This document shows positions 13,257 to 24,850 of a stretch of 64,000 nt of DNA, in pieces. Origin of the DNA: Lytechinus pictus (lineage: Eukaryota). The notes beneath the pieces are model-generated. The model made no database searches. It was not told the origin of the DNA and was given only the letters and a program-made list of their open reading frames with translations. The position numbers and the translations under genes are program-made. How positions within the stretch are numbered: position 1 is the stretch's first letter; each line of letters starts with the position of its first letter. The DNA lies in NCBI RefSeq assembly GCF_037042905.1, contig NC_087251.1:23438001-23502000 (forward strand), given 5' to 3'.

Positions 13257-14839
13257 TCAAATTTGTCGTGAAAGGTATTGATGCTGTGCCCCACTGCTTG
13301 CAATGAACCTTCTACCTCTTCAACCGAATCTACTCTACGACTGTCTTGGTGATTAGAGTTAAATGTTTACACATGTACACACGAACATTAACTTAACACA
13401 CACCCACACACGCCCTCTCATACACACATATTTCGTAGCTACCTTTGTCAATCTTACACCCACACACTCACGCTTGAATACCCACACACCCACTCATTTC
13501 TTCTGTTTTGAAACACACGCATACACACCCTCCCGCGCGCGTGCACCCCTACACACATTTATTCATTTTTTTTCAACATGTTTTTATTAAGGATTTCATT
13601 CAAATTCATATACACAACGCACAGGCACACACACTCACACAAGTTATACAATTTCAATCAATGAAAGAAAATCATAAAATAGCGCAAAAAGGAAAAACAA
13701 ATTGTAAGATTCCGTCCCAGCATCCATTCATGAAAAGCCAACACCGACGCTTTTTCAGGTGCCTTGTATAGCTCCATGTTGTAACTAGGGCCTACTCTGA
13801 GAATACACGTTCCTGTAGAGACTACCGAAATAAGTTTATGCAGTGTCTTAAACAAGCCCTTCCTAAATTGAAACAACAAAAATATATGTATATCAAGAGC
13901 TTGAGATCCTGATGGATGAAATATACATGATGTAGAGAAATATAATCACAATTAAAAAAAAAAGAGGTGGAAGAAACCATGTCATTTACAATCCTTTGAG
14001 GCACATTTGCAAACATAATTAAAATCTATCATTAATTCTTATTCCAATCACACATTTATTATGTTTTTTTTTTCAGCAAATCCGACTTCAGATTTTGTTT
14101 ATGCAGAAGATTAAGCTTATTCGTCAGGCTTATATCATTCAACGTGACATTTTATGGAGAAAATTGTATCAGGAATTCATGAACTGTAAGAATGGGGATT
14201 TGAATGTGTTGAACGTTTTGAACAAATTTACATTCCAAAATATGTTAAATACAAAGATTTACAAAACAAAAATATTGATGAATTTATTTCAGTTAGCATC
14301 TAAATCGATATCCCCTACACGCATGACATGCACATGTGTAAGGTTGTCATGGACCTTTTTTAAAGAATGTAAGAAAGCGGGGAATCTATTACACCCACCA
14401 CAAGCTTTGAGATGATTAGCAAGGGAACGTGACATAAAAACATATAAAAAGGAGAATTGATATTCTGTTATGAATCACAGTGAAATTTATATTCCACACC
14501 ACTTCCCAGGTGACAATGTGTGACTATGGACCGGTAACTTTAAATTCATTATGTACTCACCTGCTCAGCTTCTTTATGATATTTTGTAATGCTATGACAT
14601 TGGGTGCAATGGGGTTAGTAAGGTCATTTTTTTTTACGGGGCGTGTACAGCCTGAGACCCCCACCCCCCTCTGGTGGGGCGGACCTCCACACAGTCTGAA
14701 TGCTTTACAATTTCTCTTCCTCTTAATGCGTTTATACATCGACCATTAGGTTACTTCGTTCTCATTTGCAGTGAGACTTTGTTCATGATGATTGGTGGAT
14801 CGCCGAAGACTAGGACTGATACCAGAAAAGTCGCTTTAA

Positions 14840-15437
14840 AGGACAAGTCCACCCCAATAAAATTTGATTCTAATAAGAAGAGAAAAATTCAACTAGCATA
14901 ACACTGAAAATTTCATCCAAATCGGATGTAAGATAAGAAAGTTATACCATTTTAAAATTTCGCTTAATTTCACTAAATAGTTATATGCATATATGCACAT
15001 CCTGGTCAGTATGCAAATGAGGAGACTGCTGACGTCATCCACCCACTATTTCTTTTGTATTTTATTTTATGAAAAACGAAATATTCTAATTTTCTCCTCA
15101 TTGTCAACTGAAACAACGATTAGTTTCCTCCATGAACATATGGAATTAGCATTGTTTAATACTATTTGTCTCAGTCAAGTTGGTCCTTATTGTCAAAGCT
15201 GTAAAAATGAAATATTGTATAATTCAAACAATATAAAACAAAAGAAATAGTGAGCGAGGGACATCATCTGTCTCATTTGCATGTCACTGAGTTGTGCATA
15301 TTGTAAAAAATAAGCGAAAATTTAAAATGTCATAACTTTCTTATTTTACATTCGATTTCGATGAGATTTTCAGCGTTATGTTAGTTTGATTTTTCTCTAT
15401 TTATTCAAATCAAATTTTTCTGCGATGGACTTGACCT
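14840..15437. mobile_element. Complete MITE with ~130-bp terminal inverted repeats and TTAA target duplication (Kolobok-like)
   Basis: TTAA|AGGACAAGTCCACC...GATGGACTTGACCT|TTAA. Long inverted repeats including ATCGGATGTAAGATAAGAAAGTTAT / ATAACTTTCTTATTTTACATTCGAT. Related fragments at 27470-27592 and 58879-59150. Confidence 0.85.
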
Positions 15438-18325
15438 TTAAATTGGAAAGCAGGCTGTTACCTTGTTTTATTCAATCTGTAAAGACAGAAAACAGAAACG
15501 TATCATAAACATATGTCCAATGCTTTAAGAGACAAATCATCGATCATCTTCAGTATATGTCAGAAATTATAATTTCCTTCTTGAAAATAACACATAATAT
15601 AAACCTAAATATTCATCAATAAACAATGGATGATGTAAACGAATACTTGAGACCTAATCTTTAAGATCGGCGAGTTTATAATCATATCCAAATATCTTTG
15701 AAATGTCTTAAAAAGAGACTGGAAATAACTTTCTTTTGCATATGTATAAACATTAAGTTTTATAGGAAAGTGCTTCGTAAAATCCGTCATAAATCAGCTT
15801 CACTTTAAAAGGCATGTTTTTAATTTCCTATCAAACCGAGCAATTTGCCTTAAAAAAGAGGGTAAACAAACATATATATCAGCTATTTATCTCAGGTATA
15901 TATCCTATTCAAGACTATCGATAAATTATCAAGAAGCTTTATGAATTAGATAAATAGTTAAGTCATGTAAGTCCCACTACATTCAAGAAAGACCAATTAA
16001 AACATTTAATCTACATTTGCAACTAAATAGATATCCTTCCTATATAGCTATCCGTTGCAACCTAACATTGAATCTACGATAGAAAATTAACGGGTGCTTG
16101 TCTGCATGACAATACTACCGCCAAATAAAATTTTCTCAAATCGGGCCAAAAATTACTCATAATACCATTGCACAACCCTTTTATATGTGCTTTATCAAAA
16201 AGATCTAACTGACTATGCTAGAATTAAAAATGTAACCAAACGTCAATCAAATCATGAGACCACGCCCATATGCCGTGCTAGCGAATCTCGCCTATGACGT
16301 CATCAAGCTACCAAATTTCTTTTCCTGAATTAGACTATTATGTCATTCTAACATTCAAAATATACTATCAAAATTTCACAAACCAATCGGGGAATAATTA
16401 CAGTTTCCAATCATTAATAATCTTATGCTTATTCATGTCTTTTATTCTTTGATTAATGTCAATTGATAGGGAGTAGGTCACCTTTCCTCAAGCAGCCAGA
16501 GAATGTGTGGATCAAGAAAAAAAAAAATCAGTTATCTTATGTTTTTGTTTATATCAAGATCTTGTCGGAATTCAATGGATGGGGGTTTATTTAGGATGCG
16601 CTGTTTAAGACAGCTTTTTATTTCCAACGGAGACGAGAGGTTCATGATACTACTTTCTATCAGGAATATTTAGACTAATCAATTATAATTTTGTCTAAAG
16701 CAATGCCGTATTGGGGTATTTTAAGGACAAAATGAATCTAAATATAGAGAGAAAGACGGAAAATATGAGTAATTAAGAAATAAAACAGGGAGAAGGAGAA
16801 ACGACAGAGAGAAAGAATAAAAAAAGAGAGAGCGATAGGGAGAGGGAGAGAGCAAGGAAAAGAAATACACATGTATTAAGGAAGAAAAAGAGATTATTAG
16901 AAGATAGAAATGCTACCTGGCAGTTGAATACAAGATGACATACAAACAGAAAACGTCATTTGACAAAGATTTTTTTTAAGCAGAGTACCCTAAGGCGATA
17001 CAACGATATGAAATAAGATTGCAGCACAACTAAACAGGAGAAGGGGTTTAAATCTATCTCGGTTCTCATACGACTTTCCTCCAGAAAATCGCACTAAGCT
17101 CCAGAATTCATTGAGGCAATACATATTTATGAAATGAGCTTAACCTGCTGTGGGTATCAAGTTTTAATGTATACGTAATTAAAAAGCGCAGAAAAAAGGG
17201 AAAAGAGCAGATTTCAGATTTGAATTTTAATTAGGAGGTGGAAAGCGAAGCTGACAAATCACAACCGGATTCAGTTTGTCGCTTTCTTTGATTAATGCAA
17301 TTGGGAAGGGTATTTTCATTTATCGGTTGACTTATGTATTGTTTGCTGAGCAAGTATAAATTCGGATGCCTCATAAATTGATTACCCGCTTCTGAAATCT
17401 CTATCACATATCAAATTCAGATCGTCAAATTGAGTTTAATTCAAGGACCAACAGAGAAATAAAATGCTGTCTATGATAAGATAATCAGCAGCGAGATAAA
17501 AAAAAGTAAATGAAGTATTTTGAATAGATATAAAAGAGGGAATAAGAAACATAAAGAATTTGATTGCTTCAGACCTACTCGACTGGAGAATCACCTTGTT
17601 TTCAGGAAAATTAATTAAGTATATTAAATATTTAAATAATCATCATCCCCAAAATTATGTTCGATAAACCCAGATACTATTACAATAGCTACCGACACCA
17701 TTTTATTCTGTTGATTATTATCATCCGCATGATCACACCTTTGTAGTAAAATATGTACAATAAACCTGATAATAAGCTTTACACGATTGCTGAATTAAAC
17801 TTTGATTTTGTTGATCCTCAATTGATTATTATTGTTTCAGTAGTCTTTGGTGGAGATTGTAATATTGAAGCTATTCAAATGGTGATGATTGCTATTCGTC
17901 AAAGGTAATTTTAAAAGTAATGTGTTAAAAATGTAGAGATATGATCTATAGGCCTATATAATTGTGTTGTTACTTAAGAGAAAACATACCAAATACGATT
18001 GATTTCCACAAAGGCCTTCATGTATATAAGTAAGAGAAAGATTTCCATAATTATTATTCTACAGGATCAACAATTAAATTCAAGCCTAACATACATTCTC
18101 GTGATTCTAGCGCACAGTATATATTAATATTTATAAATGTATGAAATATCTCAATACTCTTTATAACGAGAGTGATACAGATAGGAAAGAGTTGATTTTC
18201 ACGAGCAACTCATTTTATTATTCTTTTATTATGCGTGTGGAAGGAGAGTGATCTTCAATCTTAAAAAAATGACGAGATGATAACACTAATCAGGAACTGG
18301 TAAGAGGATACTAACCAGGGATCCA

Positions 18326-18685
18326 GAGTGTCGTGAAATGACTTGTCGGTCGTTTATCGGATAACGTCTGTTTTGTGGTGCCGTGGCCGAGTGGTCTAAG
18401 GCGCCTGGCTATACATAGAAAGTCCGGGGTTCGATCCCCGGCCACGGTACCTATGCCCGTGAGCAAAGCATTTAAAGTACAATGATCTTTTATCCTGCTT
18501 TCAAATAAATGGAAATGCTATATGCATTATTGGTAACTTGGTGTGCACTTGTTTAAAAAGAAATGAAAAAAATGAAAAAAATTATCCGACAGTTTACATG
18601 GTACCACTGCTATTCAGGCAAATAAAATCAAGGGACGCTGTCAGATCAACAACTTGTTGTAACAAAAATGATAATGAAACGCTCC
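18326..18685 (+). mobile_element. Short MITE interrupted by a SINE
   Basis: The two halves (GACTTGTCGG..TTTATC / ATCCGACAG..AAAATCAAGG..TCAGATC..ATGAAACGCTCC) align with the uninterrupted inverted copy at 43570-43707. Confidence 0.65.
18377..18580 (+). mobile_element. tRNA-derived SINE
   Basis: A box TGGCCGAGTGG, B box GGTTCGATCC, paired GGTGCCGTGGCC/GGCCACGGTACC, a body beginning ATGCCCGTGAGCAAAGCATTT and an A-rich tail; no proper anticodon arm. Confidence 0.8.
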
Positions 18686-18850
18686 TTGGGTTTTTTGCTC
18701 CCATTGGATTCAACATTTATAGTCTGTGATAAATCATTAATTTATCTAAATTCGTTTTATCAAAGTATGAAAATGAAAATCAGTAGACAGGCTTGTAAAA
18801 AAAATCAACAATGAAGTATATAGGGTAAATGGGTAGGATGCTTGTCAAAA

Positions 18851-19223
18851 TTTTTTTTAATAAGCTCACCAATTATAGCTTCTTTGTTTTTCTACTTTTG
18901 TACTTGACTTATCATTTTGTCCAAATATTAATCCTAAATCTTGGGATAAGTTTATCAAAAATGATCTATATACATCATACTCACCAATCTCACCAATCAC
19001 TGATTGGTCAAAACTACATCATGTGACGCAGTGCTATTCCGTCTATCATCATCGGAGGGGTTTGACTTAACTGATAGTACTCGCAACCACTGAGGGCACG
19101 ATTCCATTTTTTTTTTATAAGCTCATCAATTTAAAGCTTCTTCATTTTTGCACTTTCGTCCTTGATTAACCATTTTGTCCGAAGATTAATCCTAAATCTT
19201 GGGATGAGTTTATCCAAAGTGAT
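18851..19223 (+). repeat. Diverged direct duplication of ~115 bp (18851-18964 and 19108-19223)
   Basis: Both copies contain ATAAGCTCA.CAATT..AGCTTCTT...CATTTTGTCC.AA.ATTAATCCTAAATCTTGGGAT.AGTTTATC. Confidence 0.85.
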
Positions 19224-19843
19224 AATACATTGCTACATAGAACTCGACCTTAAAAAGGTTATTATAACTTATTTTTTATCAGTTCATCACCCTTTCTAAT
19301 GAAAAAATGGAAGGTGAGCAGAAGACGAACACTGACACAGAAAAGTAAAAATATTATTAGATTATTACTCTAGAAAAGTATATAATTTTGTAAGATTTGC
19401 GGAGGGCTTATTATGGTAAGATATATGATTTATAGTATATTTTAACTAACTCCTTAAGAAAAAATAATCACAGCTTTCTGTACAATAATGTCACTTGAGT
19501 AGTTAGCAGGTGGGATTTCCTTGAGATTTACTCCTTAATCATAATATTTTAAGCTAAGGATAAAGAAACTTAGAGGGATGAAAACGGTATAGATGAATAT
19601 ATTTATGAAAGCTGTCAAAAATGTGAATTACCAAAATGAACTTTAAAATGTGCTGTACTGTCATACATCGCTCTATATACAGATGGGGGTAGTGGGAACA
19701 ATTCTCCCTATTCAAATAACGTCAAAATATAATATCAATTAGATTTAATGCTGAAATTCAACCATTTCTATTTTTGACATATTCTTGTCACTTATTAGTT
19801 GAAAGCTACGGAATTTTTAAAATGCTTTCTAATTGACGAGATG

Positions 19844-20047
19844 ACGAGATATGTTATCTTGCCAAGTCGACTTATTAAAAATTACATGTTGACTTTGCTA
19901 GATATATAATTTCGCCAAGAAGACATTTGTAGAGTTATATGTCGTCATCACAATGTACTTTATCGTATATAAGTCGACTTAAAAAGTGTTATTTGTCGTC
20001 ATGGCGAGATAAACTTTTTATCGACTTGGCAAGATAACGTATCTCGT
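19844..20047. mobile_element. Fold-back MITE-like element
   Basis: ACGAGATATGTTATCTTGCCAAGTCGA ... TCGACTTGGCAAGATAACGTATCTCGT inverted repeats with internal AAGTCGACTT sub-repeats. Confidence 0.7.
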
Positions 20048-20456
20048 TCTGTCCACATATACCTTTTGCAATTTTGTGCGAATTGAACCTTTAAGGTGCT
20101 TAACAGTTCCGATGTATTAAATGCTGTATAAAAGCGGAATGTTATTATATTGTAATAAAATTCATTACAACCCAGTGGCCTCGGAACAATTTTTAAAGCG
20201 TGGGAGGGAGATGGCCATGTAACTAATCACAATCAGTAATTTTTACGTTTTTGTAGACGTTTATTAAAAAAGTGGGGGCACAAGAAAACTCACTTTTGTT
20301 GTTGTTGTTTTTACCTCATATGCTCCTACTCAGTGTTTAATATTCAATAATTCTCCAGATTCTAGTAAATAATAACATGTGGCAATTATTTGAAAGAAAG
20401 TTGTTAGGTGTTGTTAAAAGTAGCAGCAATCGACACGACATACGCTCTATATGTAT

Positions 20457-22910
20457 AGGCGGATCCAAGGGGTCGAAGCTCCCCCCCCCCCCCCACCCCC
20501 TTATTGGCAGCGCAAAAAATATTGACAAAAAGGGAAAATAATATTAAAAAGGAAAAAATAAGGAGAGGAGAAAGAAAAATGAACTAAATAAAGGGAGTTG
20601 AATAATTGGAAATAAAAGCGAAAATAATCATGGTTATTGTATAAAAATGAAAAAATTGCTTCGCGGTTCTCGCTTGCATTGCCTCTTGCGTGAGATAACA
20701 ATCTGCTCAAGATGAAAGCATGCGGTGAAATATCCCGTCTTCGAGTCCATACGCACAAATGATTCTGCTCGTGATTCGAGTTTTCATTAATATTGTTTTA
20801 GCGAGATACGCATCATTGGCATGATTTTTGTAAAAAGTGCTGAATATGAGTAATTTATATAGCTAGCGCTATGCGTTCGCATTAATTGTTTATTTAAATG
20901 CACGACTTGTTCTTTATTTTTGATAAATGTGCTTAAAATCTCTCATTTTCAGAATGGAATATTAGATATTTTCAGCTCGCGCTCCGCGCTGGCAGAAGAT
21001 TCATATCCTCTTCACAAATCACAATATTCGCAAATAATAACAGTGCTAAGTATATAAAAAGATTAAGCTCGCGCATGCATTTATTGTTTGAGATTCACAG
21101 TTTTTTTTTCAACACGTGCTAAATATGACCAGTTTCAGACCAGAAAATACAAAAGTGTCAGCTCGAGCTTCGCTCTCGCATTATTTTTTAAACTGACAAT
21201 CCATACAATTTTTCTACTTGTTAAACTGTGCTTAAACGATTCCCTTTGGTTTGAGTTCAATATATAACAAGTGAAATGCCTCTGGCGGTCTCACCTGCAT
21301 CACGCGATTAAATATAGCAACAATGCTGACTTTGAAAACTACTATGAAATAATTATTCACAAAAAGACCATTCATATAATGATACAATACTACGTTCATT
21401 GACATTTGACCTTGATCATGTGACCTAATACTTGTCAGTGATACTTGATTACCCCTATATCCACATTTTATACACTATATCTATAAACTTTGAAAGTTAT
21501 GACAGCAATCTTATAAATACCTCTAAAATGGCAAAAGTTTAATGACCTTAAATAACCTTTGACTTTGTCCATGTGACCTGAAACTCGCATGAGATGTTCA
21601 GTGATACTTGATGACTCTTATGTCCAAGTTTTACGAACTAGACCAATATACTTACAGAGTTATGATGGTAATCCAACAAATACCCCCAACATGGCCAAAG
21701 TCCATTGACCTTTGACCTTGGTCATGTGACCTGAAACTCGCAAAGAATGTTCAGTGATACTTGATTACTCTTATGTCCAAGTTTCACGAATCAGATCAAT
21801 AAACTTTCGAAGTTATAATGGTAATTCAACAGATACCCCCATTATCGCCAAAGTTCATTGACCTTTGACGTTGGTCTTGTGGCCTGAAATTTGCACAGGA
21901 TGTTAAGTGATACTTGATTACTCTTATGTCCAAGTTTTATGAACTAGACCAATAAACTTTCAAAGTTATGATGGTAATTCAACAAATACCCCAACTTGGC
22001 CAAAGTTCATTGACCTTACATGACCTTTGACCTTGATCATGTGACCGGAAACTCGCACAGGATGTTCAGTGATACTTGATTACTCTTATATCCAAGTTTC
22101 ATGAATCATGCAGATCCATAAACTTTCGAAGTTGTGATGGTAATTCAACAGATACCCCATTATGGACAAAGTTCATTGGTCACCGTGGTCATGTGACCTG
22201 AAATGCGCACAGGATGTTTAGTGATACTTGATTACTCTTATGTCCAATTTTTTATGAACTAGACCAATAAACTTTCAAAGTTATTATGGTAATTCAACAA
22301 ATACCCCCAATTTGGCCAAAGTTCATTGACCCTAAATGACCTTTGACCTTAATCATGTGACCTGAAACTTGCACGGGATGTTAAGTGATACTTGATTACT
22401 ATTATGTCCAAGTTTCATGAATCAGATTCGTAAAATTTCAAAGTTATGTTTTTTAACAGATACCCCCAATTTGGCCAAAGTTCATTGACCGTAAATGACC
22501 GTTGACCTTGATCATGTGACGTGAAACTCAAGCAGGATGTTTAGTAATACTTGATTAACCTTATGTCCAAGTTTCATGATCTAGGTCCATACATTTTCTA
22601 AGTTATGATGACATTTCAAAAACTTAACATTCGGTTAAGGTTTGGTGTTGACGCCGCCGCCGCCGTCGGAAGAGCGGCGCAGATAGTCTCACTCTGCTAT
22701 GCAGGTGAGACACAAACCTTTCAGCTCGCGCTTCGCGCTCGCATAACTTGTTTGTGATACACAGCTTGTATTTCATCAACACGTGATTAAAATGTCCAGT
22801 TTTTATATTTTATGCTCGTGCTCCGCGCTCGCATTATTTGGTTGGTTAATGTTCCCTGTTCATCGGAGTCACTGCCAACAGCATAGGCAAGTTAGGTCCC
22901 CTTTCAGGGC
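20457..22910 (+). mobile_element. MITE with internal diverged ~75-80 bp repeats (GCTCGCGCTTCGCGCTCGCATT core), interrupted at 21266-22716
   Basis: Starts GGCGGATCCAAGGGG. The core motif recurs at about 20860, 20975, 21065, 21160, 22725 and 22815. Same family at 24188-24850 and 54880-55550. Confidence 0.65.
21266..22716 (+). mobile_element. Non-autonomous Helentron-type element (HINE/DINE-1/pearl-like) with an internal tandem array of 8 units of ~153-164 bp
   Basis: 5' AACAAG; subterminal inverted repeat GTCTCACCTGCAT (21288-21300) / ATGCAGGTGAGAC (22699-22711); 3' (GCC)n and terminal hairpin 22686-22711. Unit landmark AGT(G/A)ATACTTGA at about 21436, 21599, 21752, 21905, 22067, 22219, 22383 and 22542. 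Confidence 0.85.
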
Positions 22911-23639
22911 AGCATATTATTATATTACTTACATTGTTTCAAATTTAAGAGTACCAATAGAACCATAACAGAATATAATAATTGTCTGAATATCCATGAA
23001 ACTAAACATTTAGTGTTTGTGGAATATCAAACAATGTAGAGATGCATCGCATTTAAGGTGATGATACTCGTGGATAATTAAACAAAACCATACACCTGAT
23101 CCTTCCCTCTCTTCCTCTATTTCTCTCTCTCTCTCCTTATATCCGACCCTCTTTACATTGTCTGGTCCCTTGTCTGGTTGAATCCCACTTGTCAGGTCAC
23201 AGCCGACACTTGTTCGCTTTAACGTGTGAGTGGGCATCAGAAGTTTCTTCACCTTCGTCATCTTCACAGGCGGTGCTACAACGCGCTGGGCTAATGAGCT
23301 AATCTCGTAGACAACAGCCTCATAATTCATGATGTCTGATTAGGAAAGGCCCACAAATCCTTCCCAGTTTATGAATCAACAACTTGATAACTATTCGTCA
23401 CAAAGTAATTGATGTCATCTTTTGATCTTAGGAATATGAAGTATGAGAGGAAGGGAAGAGAATGTCGTTGGTGTTCATTTTCTATTGAATTATCTATAAA
23501 TATGGCGATTACATATATTTTTGACAATTTCAGTAGTCTTTTTTCTAAATTAAGGATTCTGATGGCACTATGACACAGTTGATAGGGGACTGGTAATGTA
23601 ATCCGATGACCAGTGTCTGAAAAGAAATCAAAGACATAT

Positions 23640-24124
23640 GCCCCGTTCACATTTGGTTAACGACCATTACGACCATCGTATGGTGCCCATATGGTGATAG
23701 TGTTATGCTATTCATACGATCTCATAAGGTTGACGTACGACGATCGCACAATTTTCTTACGAATTCACCATCATCGTATGATGTACGATTTGTATAGTTA
23801 TACAGTTTTTGAGAAAAAAAAAACATCGTTAAGATCGTAGCCCGTAAGCACATCATAGGGGTCATCGCGCAATATAGTTACGTGCACCAAACAATCTAGA
23901 AACGGGTATCACACTATGTAAAGACATCGTATGATATCTGTACCATCTCCGTAAGGCCTTCGCATAGCATTGCCTTTGGCTATCTTCGGTGAACAACACA
24001 TAAATACGTACGATGACCGTAAACGATGTAAACATAAAAATGTACACCGTAACCACTTACGACGCCCCCTGAAAATCGTACAATAACCCAAAGCACGGGG
24101 ATCATAGCAAATTTCAACAGGGGT
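23640..24124. mobile_element. PIF/Harbinger-like MITE rich in TACGA/TCGTA motifs
   Basis: GCCCCGTTCACATTTG ... CAAATTTCAACAGGGGT imperfect terminal inverted repeats; many short internal CGTA/TACG repeats. Confidence 0.6.
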
Positions 24125-24187
24125 GTACTTTAATACGGTAGACCTTATCCTCTTTTTTTCGGTTTCTTCAGCAAAGATTATTGCGTA

Positions 24188-24850
24188 CAGTGGTGTAACT
24201 ACGGGGGGTTCGGTGGCACGTGCCCCCCACCGGTCGTCAAAAAAAAAAGGGGGGGGGGGGGGAGAGAACGACGGTGAAAGAAAGAGAGATATAGTGGGAA
24301 AACAAAAGAGGAGAATAATCATATTTTTCATGAAACATAATTAACATAATTTGCTTATGTGTTCATCACACCTGGCGCTCACATTTTAAATGGCGCTATA
24401 TGTTTTTCAAATCATTATACAACAATTATTTTTCCTCGCGTTTCGAACTTTTATAATTTCATCTACTGACCGACCCATCTCTTTCATGATTACTTAAAGT
24501 GATTGCCACCTTTTAAAGTCTGAACAAAACAAAAGTGTTCAGTCCGTGCATCCTGTTTTCATTGGTGGATTTGTGAAATATGTATACCCTTAATGAATTC
24601 CTAAATACAGTCCTTAAAATTTCCCTTTATCTGGTCTGCAAGTAAAGACATTTTAGCTCGCGCTTCGCGCTCGCATTAGTTGACCATGATGAGATAACGA
24701 ATGCTCTTCATTGATTCTTAAATAGAGTCCTTAAAATGTCCCTTTTTCATTATATACAAAAATTTTAGCTCGCGCTTCGCACTCACAGTTTGCTTAGTGA
24801 GATATGTACGTAGCATGATAAAAAAAAATTAAAAACAATTCGCACTATTT
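24188..24850 (+). mobile_element. hAT-like MITE with GCTCGCGCTTCGCGCTCGC repeats
   Basis: Starts CAGTGGTGTAACTACGGGGG; core motif at about 24657 and 24768. Confidence 0.6.

Noticed and set aside
12818..13303. 161-aa and 106-aa ORFs (Phe/Leu/Ser- or Lys/Glu/Arg-rich)
   Set aside because: Translations of the (GAAA)n and GT microsatellites.
16255..16490. Promoter-like cluster CCACGCCC, TGACGTCA (16295-16302), CCAAT
   Set aside because: No associated exon or ORF, and the surroundings look like an old TTAA-type MITE, a family that carries the same CRE at 15030; not supportable as a promoter.
18377..18451. Functional tRNA gene
   Set aside because: No valid anticodon stem-loop or oligo-T terminator; continues into a SINE body and A-rich tail.
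21400..22620. Regular repeat array as a possible CRISPR
   Set aside because: The whole ~155-bp unit repeats with no unique spacers; eukaryotic context and no cas genes.
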